Source: Nanobdellota archaeon (GTDB taxonomy: Archaea; Nanobdellota; Nanobdellia; PEZQ01). From it: a DNA stretch of 64,000 nt. The position numbers and the translations under genes are program-made. Each line of letters starts with the position of its first letter. Position 1 is the stretch's first letter. The notes beneath the pieces are model-generated. The model ran no database searches and was not told where the DNA came from. It was given only the letters and a program-made list of their open reading frames with translations. The stretch spans positions 24,274-88,273 of the forward strand of contig JAAOXS010000021.1 in NCBI GenBank assembly GCA_018220985.1, written 5' to 3'. Positions 1 to 10,060 of this stretch are shown here, one piece after another.

Positions 1-748
1 CTGGTTTACAAACCCAATCAATATTACTACCTGTAGAAGGAATTATGAACACATCATCTTCAACCTCAAAAAGTTTTAACCTGCCATTAAACGAAGGAAT
101 TCTTAAAATAATATCACTTACATTAACATAATTAACCAGTCCAAAAGTATTACTCTCAGAAAGAGTTGCAACCTGCCCTACATCCTCATTATTGAATAAA
201 ACAGTAAAACTTTCAACATCCTTACCTTCACCAATAATAATAGGGTTCTCAATTTCAAAATCTACACTAATAGGACCTTTTGTACTAGCTTCCTGAGAAC
301 TTAAAACAACAGTTTCAGGAGAGTAAAGCATGTTATCAATTATTTTCACGCTCTTATAACCAATACTGGAATAATCATAACAAATCTTTACTAACGGATA
401 ATAATCCAAACCCTTAGTGTCCGGCGCTTTAATGGTCCAAGAATACTCAAGAGAATCTAATAAATTCAACTCATCAATAGAATAAGATTCATCATCAATT
501 AATGTAAACTCACCATAATTAAGCAATCTGATAATAACATTGCTCGCAGTTGAATTGCCAATATTCGTAACCTTAAAATTTAAAATAGTGCTCTCACCCG
601 GTTTTAACACATTATTAAAAGTTGAAAACTCATTAACTCCAACACCAAAAACGCCTTTAATCACAGGATCAACAGTTTTCGTCGAACCACTTTGAGTGCA
701 ACCACTAACCAAAACCATTGCACAAACCACTAACAACACTTTATTCAT
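1..748 (-). CDS. secreted lipoprotein-like surface protein, partial (C-terminus lies outside the window)
   Basis: Own translation of the minus strand from the ATG (complement of 746-748) gives MNKVLLVVCAMVLVSGCTQS..., a signal peptide plus lipobox-like LVSGC. The pattern GESTILNFKVTNIGNSTASNVIIRL resembles CARDB-type beta-sandwich domains. The start overlaps the stop of the upstream ORF (ATGA). It is absent from the ORF track because it runs off the window edge. Confidence 0.6.
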   Translation of the reverse strand, partial: MNKVLLVVCAMVLVSGCTQSGSTKTVDPVIKGVFGVGVNEFSTFNNVLKPGESTILNFKVTNIGNSTASNVIIRLLNYGEFTLIDDESYSIDELNLLDSLEYSWTIKAPDTKGLDYYPLVKICYDYSSIGYKSVKIIDNMLYSPETVVLSSQEASTKGPISVDFEIENPIIIGEGKDVESFTVLFNNEDVGQVATLSESNTFGLVNYVNVSDIILRIPSFNGRLKLFEVEDDVFIIPSTGSNIDWVCKP

Positions 749-1995
749 GATATTGGACTTGTATGAACACTGGTTGAACCCTCAAGATTATAAGAATAAT
801 TCATTTCAACTTTAAAAGAATATGTTTTAATAGGAATATTCAAATTTCTTAAATCAGAAAGTTCAACACTACTAATCTTAAAAGGAATTTGCAAATTATA
901 ACTTCTAACAATGTTCTCAGGATCAACTTTTTTAAGGAGAATACCCTCCGCAACAGCGAGCTCATCGCAAGTGATTGTATCAGTACAAGAGATGAAATCA
1001 CTAAACTCACTACAATCAATAACATCCCACCAATCACCACAATTACTTGTAACATCTATTTCTTCAGGTAAAATAACTTTAATAATAGAATTTTCCTGAT
1101 TGGATAAAGAACCCGCACCATTGTTCGCCACAGTGAATGAAAAAGCGTACTCTAAAGAACTACCACCAACTCTTTGAAATTCAACAGGTAAATAATTATA
1201 CATAACACTAATAGGACCCGCTGTTGTTGAAGTGTCAACAGGCACTTCTAAACTCTCACCTAAAGAACGCCTACGATTAACTTCCTCGCTGGACATTGCA
1301 ACAACAGTGAAATAATTTTCAGAAGAATAATCATAAGTAAGAACATAGTAAATGTTTTGCTTATAATAAATATTATTAATCATACCTTCACTTGGAGCTA
1401 GAATACCCCAATAAAACTCGTACTCATCACTCCTAAATAATCTTTGAACGCCATGCTCAACAACAGTTAAATCAGCATCCATATCATACAAAAACAACTC
1501 ATCTTCCACGCTTAGTGGAGAATCACCTCTCTCACCTATTTTTGTAGTAACATATGCATTGTTTAAATCTGCACCAGTAACAACAGCATTATACAAATGC
1601 CCGCAAGTTATCACATCATTATTCTCAATTTCAAAACTTTCAAATAAATCAGGATAATACGCGTTTACGCCATGTTTAACAGAATTTAAATTACTTAAAC
1701 TATCAACACTAATTGGTTCACTTGTACAATCAAGCAAAGAATAAAAACCAAGATTATCAATTTTAACAACCACGTTCTCAGCAGTTTTACCTAAAGCATT
1801 ATTACGAATTCTTAATTTCAAATAAGTGCTAGAACCTGGAGGCAATTGGTTTTTAATAACATTAAACTCAAGCACGCCAATACCCTGAAAACTTTGAAGA
1901 GAACTTTCAGAAGCGCTTACTGACTCATTATTTGATTGTTGAGTGCAACCACTAAACAAAACGACCAAACTCAATAATACTAATAATTTTTTCAA
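745..1995 (-). CDS. secreted lipoprotein-like surface protein (416 aa)
   Basis: The N-terminus MKKLLVLLSLVVLFSGCTQQ is a signal peptide plus lipobox-like motif. PGSSTYLKLRIRNNALGKTAENVVVKI is CARDB-like. The gene has 4-bp overlaps with both neighbours. Confidence 0.65.
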   Translation of the reverse strand: MKKLLVLLSLVVLFSGCTQQSNNESVSASESSLQSFQGIGVLEFNVIKNQLPPGSSTYLKLRIRNNALGKTAENVVVKIDNLGFYSLLDCTSEPISVDSLSNLNSVKHGVNAYYPDLFESFEIENNDVITCGHLYNAVVTGADLNNAYVTTKIGERGDSPLSVEDELFLYDMDADLTVVEHGVQRLFRSDEYEFYWGILAPSEGMINNIYYKQNIYYVLTYDYSSENYFTVVAMSSEEVNRRRSLGESLEVPVDTSTTAGPISVMYNYLPVEFQRVGGSSLEYAFSFTVANNGAGSLSNQENSIIKVILPEEIDVTSNCGDWWDVIDCSEFSDFISCTDTITCDELAVAEGILLKKVDPENIVRSYNLQIPFKISSVELSDLRNLNIPIKTYSFKVEMNYSYNLEGSTSVHTSPIS

Positions 1996-3953
1996 TCACA
2001 CCAACTCCAATCATCAACGTTAAAACATTTACCATCAACCCAAATCTCATCAAAATTAGGATAAATAGTGTGAAAAGCCTGCGGTGAACAATCAATAGTG
2101 ATAACAGCAGGACCTAAATCATTTCTAAAATTGTAAACAGTGTCAAGAGAAATTGCAGTTGTAGTTCTCTCCTGATTGTCAGGTAAGTTCATTAAATTAA
2201 ACTGGAAAGTTTCCAAAACACTAACGTAAGACTTATCTAAATTAAGAAAACAAAAATGCCAATCATCAGTGTTAATTTTTTTATAACTATCCCATAATTC
2301 TATAATTAATTCATCATTAATCTGGTCATATAAATTTGTTTTACTGTCATAATCATCAACATTCAAAAAATCAGCCACCCTCCCTTTCTCGTATTTCAGA
2401 ATATATTCGTACTCTGGTTGATTATCATAATCATTAAAAAAAGACTTACTAACACAAAACCAATCATCACTTACTTCATGATTTGTATCAACAGTATAGG
2501 GCTCATTAGGTTGCAAAACTTTTTCATTAACATTTATTAAATAACTTTCATCAGGTATTAATGATGAACTTAACTTTATTAAATAAAACTTAAAATTTTC
2601 AATACGCCCACTACCTTGGGTTTCATAATTAATACTTGCAAGAATATTACGTGAAGAATCCTTAATAATATACGGAGCTTCAGGCAAGTCAAAAGCAAAC
2701 TTGACAGGTCCCTCAGCATTAACAGTTATAGGTCGAAGATAATTAATTTGCTGTAATAAAAATAAATAATCCGCTTTATCATCATCTAACAATTCAAAAG
2801 TACCTATAGCACTACTCACAAATTCGGTAACAGCACTACCATCAATATACGCACCATAAGGCTCATCCCTTACTACACCACCATTATCAACAATTGTAAA
2901 ACACCAAGGATAAGGTGGTGGAATAACATTTGAATCAGAACTTAAACTAACACCCTCATCACTAACACCGTCATCATCCTTTTCATTTGCTCCTACAAAA
3001 ACATCATCACAAATTCCGTGACCTGTAGCAGAACCTGAAATACCTTCATAATAAACACAACTACCTATGTCATAAGGGCACTTTTCATAAAGTTCTGTGG
3101 CGTCTACAACACACCCACACACTCCTGCTTCTAAGTTGCTTTCTTGACAATAATTATCAATCGGCGTACTCCCTGTTGGACATTTACAAGTACTACTACC
3201 TTTCGCAGTTGAACACTGGCCTTCTTTTATTATTAAACTATTACAAGCATAATTGAAACCTGCTAACTCACAAATATCAGGGTCGCCGCGGGGAGAAACA
3301 CAATTAAACCAACCGGTAACATCAATTTTCCGTGAACCTGTGTTCTGAACATCCATAGTTATTGAAACTTCACCTTGCTCCCAACCATTAATTTTATCAG
3401 GCGCAACCTGCATCCTACTAATTTTAAAATCAATACCTTTAGCACTAATAGATTCCAAACCACCTGCGTGCTGGGTCTCCCAAATAGACCTCATTTGAGA
3501 ACGCATAGCAATTGTTTGATCTGCAGTGCTTAAACTCTCCCCTGTTTCAGCTTCGAAACTAAACTCTTCAAAACCAAGAGCTTGAAAAACATTATCATCA
3601 GTTGAATCCGTAAGCTGTTTTACATCAAGCCTGTCAGAAGTGCTAACATCAAAAGCATTATGTGCTTGAGCAGTTATTCCAGGAAACAAAAATTCACAAT
3701 TAATCAACCAATTACCAATCACAACATCAATAAGTGGAAGAGCTTGAGTGATACTGCAAATAGATTGCGTAACTTGATCAATATACAAAACTTGCTCATT
3801 AACTAAAAATGGTAGTGCAAATTCTCTAAGTATAAGTATAACTGCAAGAATAACTAATATTTTTTTTATCGTACCCCCCCAACTTTTTTTAGGAGTAAGA
3901 GCTACTTTAACATTACCACCCACTTGCTTAACCCTATCTGTCCGCCCTACCAT
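1992..3953 (-). CDS. membrane-anchored Cys-rich surface protein (653 aa)
   Basis: An N-terminal hydrophobic anchor (ILVILAVILIL) is followed by a Cys-dense central region (CNSLIIKEGQCSTAKGSSTCKCPTGSTPIDNYCQESNLEAGVCGCV) and a CARDB-like GEVSITMDVQNTGSRKIDV. The long ORF has coding-like composition. Confidence 0.65.
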   Translation of the reverse strand: MVGRTDRVKQVGGNVKVALTPKKSWGGTIKKILVILAVILILREFALPFLVNEQVLYIDQVTQSICSITQALPLIDVVIGNWLINCEFLFPGITAQAHNAFDVSTSDRLDVKQLTDSTDDNVFQALGFEEFSFEAETGESLSTADQTIAMRSQMRSIWETQHAGGLESISAKGIDFKISRMQVAPDKINGWEQGEVSITMDVQNTGSRKIDVTGWFNCVSPRGDPDICELAGFNYACNSLIIKEGQCSTAKGSSTCKCPTGSTPIDNYCQESNLEAGVCGCVVDATELYEKCPYDIGSCVYYEGISGSATGHGICDDVFVGANEKDDDGVSDEGVSLSSDSNVIPPPYPWCFTIVDNGGVVRDEPYGAYIDGSAVTEFVSSAIGTFELLDDDKADYLFLLQQINYLRPITVNAEGPVKFAFDLPEAPYIIKDSSRNILASINYETQGSGRIENFKFYLIKLSSSLIPDESYLINVNEKVLQPNEPYTVDTNHEVSDDWFCVSKSFFNDYDNQPEYEYILKYEKGRVADFLNVDDYDSKTNLYDQINDELIIELWDSYKKINTDDWHFCFLNLDKSYVSVLETFQFNLMNLPDNQERTTTAISLDTVYNFRNDLGPAVITIDCSPQAFHTIYPNFDEIWVDGKCFNVDDWSWCD

Positions 3954-3975
3954 TAACTCCCCGAAAAATATGATA

Positions 3976-5157
3976 TTATGACCATAACATTTTCAAATTC
4001 CCAATCTTAAAACGACCTGAACTACTCTCAACTCGCAACTTGTTAGTGCCGCTTTTAACATCCTCCTTATCAATATCAACAAGTAATAACCCTTCAAAAA
4101 TTTCACCAGGATTAAAAACGTAATCAGTATTACCCACGATGAATTCCAAATAACCAGCTTCAATTATTTCATCAACACTAACTTGAAAAACAAAACTCTC
4201 CGCATCATCGTAAACACTGCTTGGAACACTGAAATAAAGAGTTTTATTAGACGCTTCCTGACTTGTTTCGTAAACAATTAAAGAAACATCAGATAAATCG
4301 TAAACACCACCTTTACTTGAAGAGAACTCAACAATGTTAACACCACTATTCAAATCAACAACGCTAACAGAATCCTTCACACAATAAGCCGCATCCCTTT
4401 TAATAGGGCTTGCAGAATAAATTTGAACATCATTAAAATTAACGCTTAAACTACCCGAATTATCACTCTCAGTAACTTTGAAACATAACTTAAAATTATT
4501 ACCCTTAGCCTCAATTGAACTAACAGTAAAATCAAAAACTTCAACAACATTAATATTCGAAAAATACTGCTTAACAATTTCAAAATCCAACAACTCACAC
4601 TTTTGAGACTGCCAGAACAATAAACCACGCCATTGGCAAGAAACTTCAAGAGAATCCCCAACCATTTTATCAGCATCAACAACTAAATTAATATTCTGAT
4701 TTTTAGAAATAGCGCTCTTATACAATAAGGTATTAGCACTTTTAATTTCCAAATTTGGAGTTCCAACAACCTCACCAATTCTTGCTTTTACAAGAACACT
4801 TGAATAATCATTAGGAATCACTATTTTAGTAGAACCTTTAAGTAAAATATTCGCTGTAAGCACGGCAGTACTTTTCTCAAGAATGGACTCGTTAATCAAA
4901 GGATAAGCAAGTGAAACACTATCAAAAAAATGGTTGCCAACAGCATCACCCGTACTTCTTCCAATATAACCAATACTATTTGAGAAAACAACGTTATCAA
5001 CGCTAACTGAATTATCAGGATTAGTTGAAATTGGCGAAGTCGTGTTAATATTAAGAATTTTCGCGCGCTCACTTGGATTGATCCATAACAAATAAAGAAT
5101 AAACAAACCAAGAATTAATAAAAGTAATAATGGAATTTGTATTTGCGCTCTCCTCAT
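3976..5157 (-). CDS. N-terminally anchored extracellular protein (393 aa)
   Basis: The N-terminus MRRAQIQIPLLLLLILGLFILYLLW is a signal/anchor. This is the first gene of the co-directional surface cluster. Confidence 0.6.
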   Translation of the reverse strand: MRRAQIQIPLLLLLILGLFILYLLWINPSERAKILNINTTSPISTNPDNSVSVDNVVFSNSIGYIGRSTGDAVGNHFFDSVSLAYPLINESILEKSTAVLTANILLKGSTKIVIPNDYSSVLVKARIGEVVGTPNLEIKSANTLLYKSAISKNQNINLVVDADKMVGDSLEVSCQWRGLLFWQSQKCELLDFEIVKQYFSNINVVEVFDFTVSSIEAKGNNFKLCFKVTESDNSGSLSVNFNDVQIYSASPIKRDAAYCVKDSVSVVDLNSGVNIVEFSSSKGGVYDLSDVSLIVYETSQEASNKTLYFSVPSSVYDDAESFVFQVSVDEIIEAGYLEFIVGNTDYVFNPGEIFEGLLLVDIDKEDVKSGTNKLRVESSSGRFKIGNLKMLWS

Positions 5158-5227
5158 TTTTCTTTTTTTTACCGGACAAGGTTAGATATGCTTTTTAATT
5201 CATAAAAGTTTTTTGCTTATAATAAAT

Positions 5228-7372
5228 ATGTTGGTTCAAAAATTTGAAAAAAAACTATCGAAAACAGTTTACGAACACGTAAAAAAAAACATCAAAAAAT
5301 TTACGCCACCACAACAAACAGCAATAGAACAAGGACTATTTGATAAAAACATGATAGTATCAAGTCCAACAGCAAGTGGAAAAACTTTGATAGCTGAAAT
5401 GGCATTTTTAAAAACGATTTTAGAAGAAGAAAATAAAGCAATATACATAGTACCCTTACGCTCACTAGCATTTGAAAAACACGCCGAATTCAAAGAAAAA
5501 TACGGGAAAAAAATGAGGATAATGCTATCCACAGGAGAACTAGACGCATCAGATGAATGGCTTGGAAAAGCAGACTTAATAATCACGACCAGCGAAAAAA
5601 TGGACTCACTAATCCGACACGGAGCACTTTGGATTAGTAGAGTAGGACTAGTCGTGATTGATGAAATACACTTACTCGGCGACCAAACTCGTGGTGCAAC
5701 ACTTGAAGTGCTAATATCAAGATTGAAAGAATCACTGCCGAAAACGCGAATACTGGGTTTAAGCGCGACAATAAAAAACGCACGAGAACTAAGCGACTGG
5801 CTAAAAGCTAAACTTGTAGAAAGCGATTACAGACCAGTAAAACTTAATGAAGGAATACTACTAAACAATAAAATACACTTTGAAAAAGAACAGAAAATAA
5901 TAAACCAAAACTACGAAGAACAAAGCTATAACATAATAAAAAACTCGCACGAGCAAGGAAAACAATGCATAGTATTTGTATCATCCAGAAGAAGAGCAGA
6001 ATCACTTGCTTCAAAACTGAAAATAACCACTAACAAACAATTAAAAGAAACCTCTTTAAAAACGTTGAAAACACTGCAAAGACCGACAACTCAATGCAAA
6101 AAATTATCCGAATGTCTGATTAACGGAACCGCATTCCACCACGCAGGGCTACTTCAAAAACAAAAAACACTAATTGAACACGCTTTCAGAAACAGAATTT
6201 TACCAGTCATTTTTGCCACGCCAACACTTGCAATGGGCGTTGACTTACCTGCTTTTAGAGTAATAATACGGGACTTGAAACGATACGCTCAAGGATACAG
6301 TGACTGGATAAGCGTAATGGAATACAAACAATGCGCTGGAAGAGCAGGCAGACCGAAATACGCTGATTATGGGGAAGCAATAACTATTGCGAACAGTGAA
6401 GATATGAAAAAAACCATCACTGAAAAATTTGTTAAAGGAAAAGTTGAAGAAATATACTCACAACTAAGTGCTGAACCAAACTTGAGAACGCACTTACTAT
6501 CATTAATCGCGCAATCAGTGATAAGAACTGAAAATGATGTTATGAAATTCTTCGAACAAACGTTTTACGCACACCAATACAGTGATTTAACAACCATGAA
6601 CTCTAAAATACGTAATGTCTTAATCCAGCTTGAAAAATGGAACTTCATCAAAATTGACGGGAAAAAACTCACTCCTACAAAATACGGAATACGAACAGCA
6701 CAATTATACTTGGACCCGCGCTCAGCGAAAACATTAATGAACTCAACAAAAAATGAAGAAGAAATAAATGAAATAGGATTATTACACGCGTGCAACATGA
6801 CTAGTGAAGCAAAACCTCTATTAAGATTAACAAGGGATGATTACGTTGAACTCGCAGAAGACTTCATGTACGACAGGGAAAAACTATTACTCACAGAACC
6901 AACACCAAACTCGTACGAAGCGAATAAATTCTTACAAGCTTACAAAACAGCACGAATGATGGAGTACTGGATAGATGAGAAAACAGAACAACAAATACTT
7001 GACGAATTCAAAACGAGTCCAGGAGATATACGCGCGAAAACACTAAAACTTGACTGGCTATTATACTCAATGAAAGAACTTGCAACACTGCTCGGAAAAA
7101 AACAATTCATAACACCAATAAACAATTTAAGAACAAGAATCAAACACGGCGTGAAAAAAGAACTACTACCCCTAATTAAGTACAAAGGAATAGGACGAGT
7201 ACGAGCAAGACTCTTATTCACTTCAGGAATAAGAACAACACGAGAACTTAAAAAAGCAAACTTTGAAGTATTAAAAAGACTATTAGGCGAAAAAACAGCT
7301 TTAAAACTAAAAGAACAAGTTGAAACAAAAGATTCTAAACCAAATTATTTAAATAACTACTCACAAAAATAA
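5228..7372 (+). CDS. hel308: Ski2-like DNA helicase Hel308
   Basis: Contains Walker A SSPTASGKT, a DEIH box (VVIDEIHLL), the helicase C motif QCAGRAGRP and a C-terminal HhH-like tail. The track start at 5213 is TTG; the first ATG is at 5228. Confidence 0.85.
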   Translation: MLVQKFEKKLSKTVYEHVKKNIKKFTPPQQTAIEQGLFDKNMIVSSPTASGKTLIAEMAFLKTILEEENKAIYIVPLRSLAFEKHAEFKEKYGKKMRIMLSTGELDASDEWLGKADLIITTSEKMDSLIRHGALWISRVGLVVIDEIHLLGDQTRGATLEVLISRLKESLPKTRILGLSATIKNARELSDWLKAKLVESDYRPVKLNEGILLNNKIHFEKEQKIINQNYEEQSYNIIKNSHEQGKQCIVFVSSRRRAESLASKLKITTNKQLKETSLKTLKTLQRPTTQCKKLSECLINGTAFHHAGLLQKQKTLIEHAFRNRILPVIFATPTLAMGVDLPAFRVIIRDLKRYAQGYSDWISVMEYKQCAGRAGRPKYADYGEAITIANSEDMKKTITEKFVKGKVEEIYSQLSAEPNLRTHLLSLIAQSVIRTENDVMKFFEQTFYAHQYSDLTTMNSKIRNVLIQLEKWNFIKIDGKKLTPTKYGIRTAQLYLDPRSAKTLMNSTKNEEEINEIGLLHACNMTSEAKPLLRLTRDDYVELAEDFMYDREKLLLTEPTPNSYEANKFLQAYKTARMMEYWIDEKTEQQILDEFKTSPGDIRAKTLKLDWLLYSMKELATLLGKKQFITPINNLRTRIKHGVKKELLPLIKYKGIGRVRARLLFTSGIRTTRELKKANFEVLKRLLGEKTALKLKEQVETKDSKPNYLNNYSQK

Positions 7373-7379
7373 TAATGTA

Positions 7380-8063
7380 ATGACATTACCAGAACATGTT
7401 GGAATAATAATAGATGGAAATAGACGATGGGCTCAAAGCAGAAACAAACACCCTTGGGATGGGCATAAAGTTGGCGGTGAAGCTTTAGGAAGAATACTAG
7501 AACACGCTGATAAAAAAGGAATAAAAAACATTACCATATACATATGGAGTCTAAAAAACAACGCTGGAAGAAGCGCGGAAGAAAAAAAACAAATATTCAA
7601 ACTAATCCTGAAATGGATTAAAGACTTACTGAAAGAATCCAAAAAAAGAAAAACACGCATAAGATTCCTTGGCAGATGGGAAGAAGCAACAGAAATCAAA
7701 AAAGAACTTGAAAAAACAATGGAACAAACAAAAAATTACACAGAAAAAAACTTGAACTTCTGCTTCATGTACGACGGGCAAGCAGAAATCATTGACGCAT
7801 GCAACAAAGCAATGAAAGAAGGACTGGAAGGCATAACAATTGAAACATTCAAAGAACACTTATACACAAAAGACCTGCCACCACTTGACTTAATAATAAG
7901 AACAGGAATGGAAGACGGTTGCAGACTATCAGGTTTCATGCTATGGGACGCGTCCTACGCAGAACTAATATTCCACAACACACTATGGCCAGATTATTCT
8001 AAAGAACAATTAAACGAAGATTTAGAAGAATTCTCAAAACGCAACAGACGATTTGGAAAATAA
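7380..8063 (+). CDS. uppS: cis-prenyltransferase (undecaprenyl/dehydrodolichyl diphosphate synthase family)
   Basis: Contains HVGIIIDGNRRWA, IIRTG...RLSGFMLW and a C-terminal RRFG, all hallmarks of UPP synthase. Confidence 0.85.
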   Translation: MTLPEHVGIIIDGNRRWAQSRNKHPWDGHKVGGEALGRILEHADKKGIKNITIYIWSLKNNAGRSAEEKKQIFKLILKWIKDLLKESKKRKTRIRFLGRWEEATEIKKELEKTMEQTKNYTEKNLNFCFMYDGQAEIIDACNKAMKEGLEGITIETFKEHLYTKDLPPLDLIIRTGMEDGCRLSGFMLWDASYAELIFHNTLWPDYSKEQLNEDLEEFSKRNRRFGK

Positions 8064-8098
8064 AACTTTTAAAAACGCACAACTAATTACTTTTTTAC

Positions 8099-9142
8099 AT
8101 GCATGACGAAATAGTTGACGAAATTATTATTGGAGCAGGCCCAATAGGTAGTTATTACGCTTCGCAAAAAAATTGTTTAATATTAGAACAAAAAAAAATG
8201 TTAGAAGTCGGAGAACCTGTGCAATGCACCGGACTCGTAAGCAGGAACATAGAAGAATTTGTGAAAATACCAAAAAGCATAATACAAAACAAAATACGCG
8301 GAGCGATACTGCACTCGCCGAATAATTCTGTGCAAGTCAAAAAAGAAAACGTTGCTTATGTTATAAACAGAAAAAAATTTGACCAGTACTTATTAGAAAA
8401 AGCGCTTGAAAATTCAAAAATAATGTTTGGGGAACAAGTGAAAGAATACTATAAAACAAAAAATTACGTGCAAATAAGAACTGAAAAAAACACTTACAGA
8501 ACAAAAAAATTAATAGACGCGAGCGGTCCGAAAACCCAAAAAAATTTTTTGATGGGACTTCAAATAACTGCGAAAATGGAACGCGAACCAATTGCAGAAC
8601 TATTCTTCGGCAACGAAGTTTGCCCAGAATTCTTTGCGTGGATAGTACCTGAAAACGAAGAAGTATGCAGGATAGGTGTTGCAACACGCTCTCCTAGAAT
8701 TTACTTAGATAAGTTATTAGATAAACTTGGAAACCCGAAAATACTGGATTGGCAGGGAGGAATAATACCAATGCATAAACCCGTTTTGCGAGGTGAAAGT
8801 GAAACGTACTTATTAGGCGACCGTGGAGGACATGTTAAACCAACAACTGGAGGAGGATTAATCACAGGACTGAAAAGCGCGAAATTATTAGCACACTCAA
8901 AAAATTATGAGAAAGAATGGAACAAAACAATTGGAAAAGAACTATTGATTCATTGGAGGATAAGAAATTTTTTAGACAAAATTAACGACGAAGAATTAGA
9001 CGAACTAATCGAACTTGTTAAACACTTGAAACCAAAACTTGAAAAACATGGAAACATGGATTACCCTTCAAAATTTTTGACAAAACTGATAACTCCAAAA
9101 ACAATAAAATTTTTTGCAAAAAACTTTTCAAAAATTATATGA
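8099..9142 (+). CDS. FAD-dependent geranylgeranyl reductase family protein
   Basis: Has an N-terminal dinucleotide-binding motif IIIGAGPIGSYYA. The later GDRGGHVKPTTGGGL matches the GGR-family G-D-x-A-G..P.TG.Gi pattern. Confidence 0.7.
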   Translation: MHDEIVDEIIIGAGPIGSYYASQKNCLILEQKKMLEVGEPVQCTGLVSRNIEEFVKIPKSIIQNKIRGAILHSPNNSVQVKKENVAYVINRKKFDQYLLEKALENSKIMFGEQVKEYYKTKNYVQIRTEKNTYRTKKLIDASGPKTQKNFLMGLQITAKMEREPIAELFFGNEVCPEFFAWIVPENEEVCRIGVATRSPRIYLDKLLDKLGNPKILDWQGGIIPMHKPVLRGESETYLLGDRGGHVKPTTGGGLITGLKSAKLLAHSKNYEKEWNKTIGKELLIHWRIRNFLDKINDEELDELIELVKHLKPKLEKHGNMDYPSKFLTKLITPKTIKFFAKNFSKII

Positions 9143-9178
9143 AAAATTTTATTAACCCTTTTCACATCTTAATTTTTC

Positions 9179-10060
9179 ATGCTCGAGAAAGAATTCTCAA
9201 AAGCCTGGAAATACTATTTTGAAAATTACAAGAAACTAACAGTAATACCAATAATTCTTGTTTTAATAATGGTAAGCTCATTAGGTTACTCTAAAATCAC
9301 TACAGGAGAATTCTTTCAAAAAGACGTGAGCGTGAAAGGAGGTTATACAGCAACAATAACTCTTAACCAAGAAATAAACTTACAAGAATTAACGCAACAA
9401 CTCGGAAACCCTGAAATACGACTTGTAAAAGACACATTACGAATAAACATTCAAGGATACGAAATACTAAGCGAACAAGAACTTGTAAGCACTGAAATAA
9501 TAACTCTTTTCCAAGAAATTTATGGGATAACCCTCACTAATGATGATGTTTCAATAGGCTTTCAAAGCGCTGCAATAGCCAAAACATTTTTTGAACAAGC
9601 AACAAAAGCACTGCTATTAGCATTTTTATTAATGGGTGGAGTTGTTTTTTACTATTTCAGAAAACCTGCACCGTCAATTTCTATAATACTATCAACATTT
9701 CTTGACGTGATATGCATCCTCGGCGCAATGAATATTCTTGGAATACAAGTTTCAACAGCGTCAATAGGAGCATTACTAATGATTGTAGGATACTCAACAG
9801 ACAGTGACATACTATTATCAACAAACATTTTGAAAAGAAAAGACAAACCATTAAGTGAAAGAATGCTAAGAGCATTCAAAACAGAACTAACCGTTGACAT
9901 GGCAGCGTTTGTGGTTTTCGCAACAATGTTCTTATTATCAAATGTGGTTATGATAAAAGAAATAGCATTAATATTATTATTTGGAATACTGTTCGATTTG
10001 ATTAACACATGGTTTGGAACAGCTGCGCTCCAACGAATTCTGGTGGTGGAGAAAAAATGA
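9179..10060 (+). CDS. secF: protein-export membrane protein SecF
   Basis: Contains DVSVKGGYTATITL and MIVGYSTDSDILLSTNILKRK, with six predicted TM segments. It is adjacent and translationally coupled (ATGA) to secD. Confidence 0.75.
   Translation: MLEKEFSKAWKYYFENYKKLTVIPIILVLIMVSSLGYSKITTGEFFQKDVSVKGGYTATITLNQEINLQELTQQLGNPEIRLVKDTLRINIQGYEILSEQELVSTEIITLFQEIYGITLTNDDVSIGFQSAAIAKTFFEQATKALLLAFLLMGGVVFYYFRKPAPSISIILSTFLDVICILGAMNILGIQVSTASIGALLMIVGYSTDSDILLSTNILKRKDKPLSERMLRAFKTELTVDMAAFVVFATMFLLSNVVMIKEIALILLFGILFDLINTWFGTAALQRILVVEKK

Noticed and set aside
5170-5178. TACCGGACA occurs just upstream of two minus-strand start codons (5170-5178 and 37811-37819).
   Set aside because: The distance to the ATG differs (12 vs 2 nt). 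There are only two copies, and a repeated 9-mer is expected many times by chance in 64 kb.
10009-10056. The track start for SecD at 10009 gives a 16-aa N-terminal extension that overlaps secF.
   Set aside because: The extension (MVWNSCAPTNSGGGEK) is not SecD-like. ATG 10057 forms an ATGA junction with the secF stop, which is the more plausible start.
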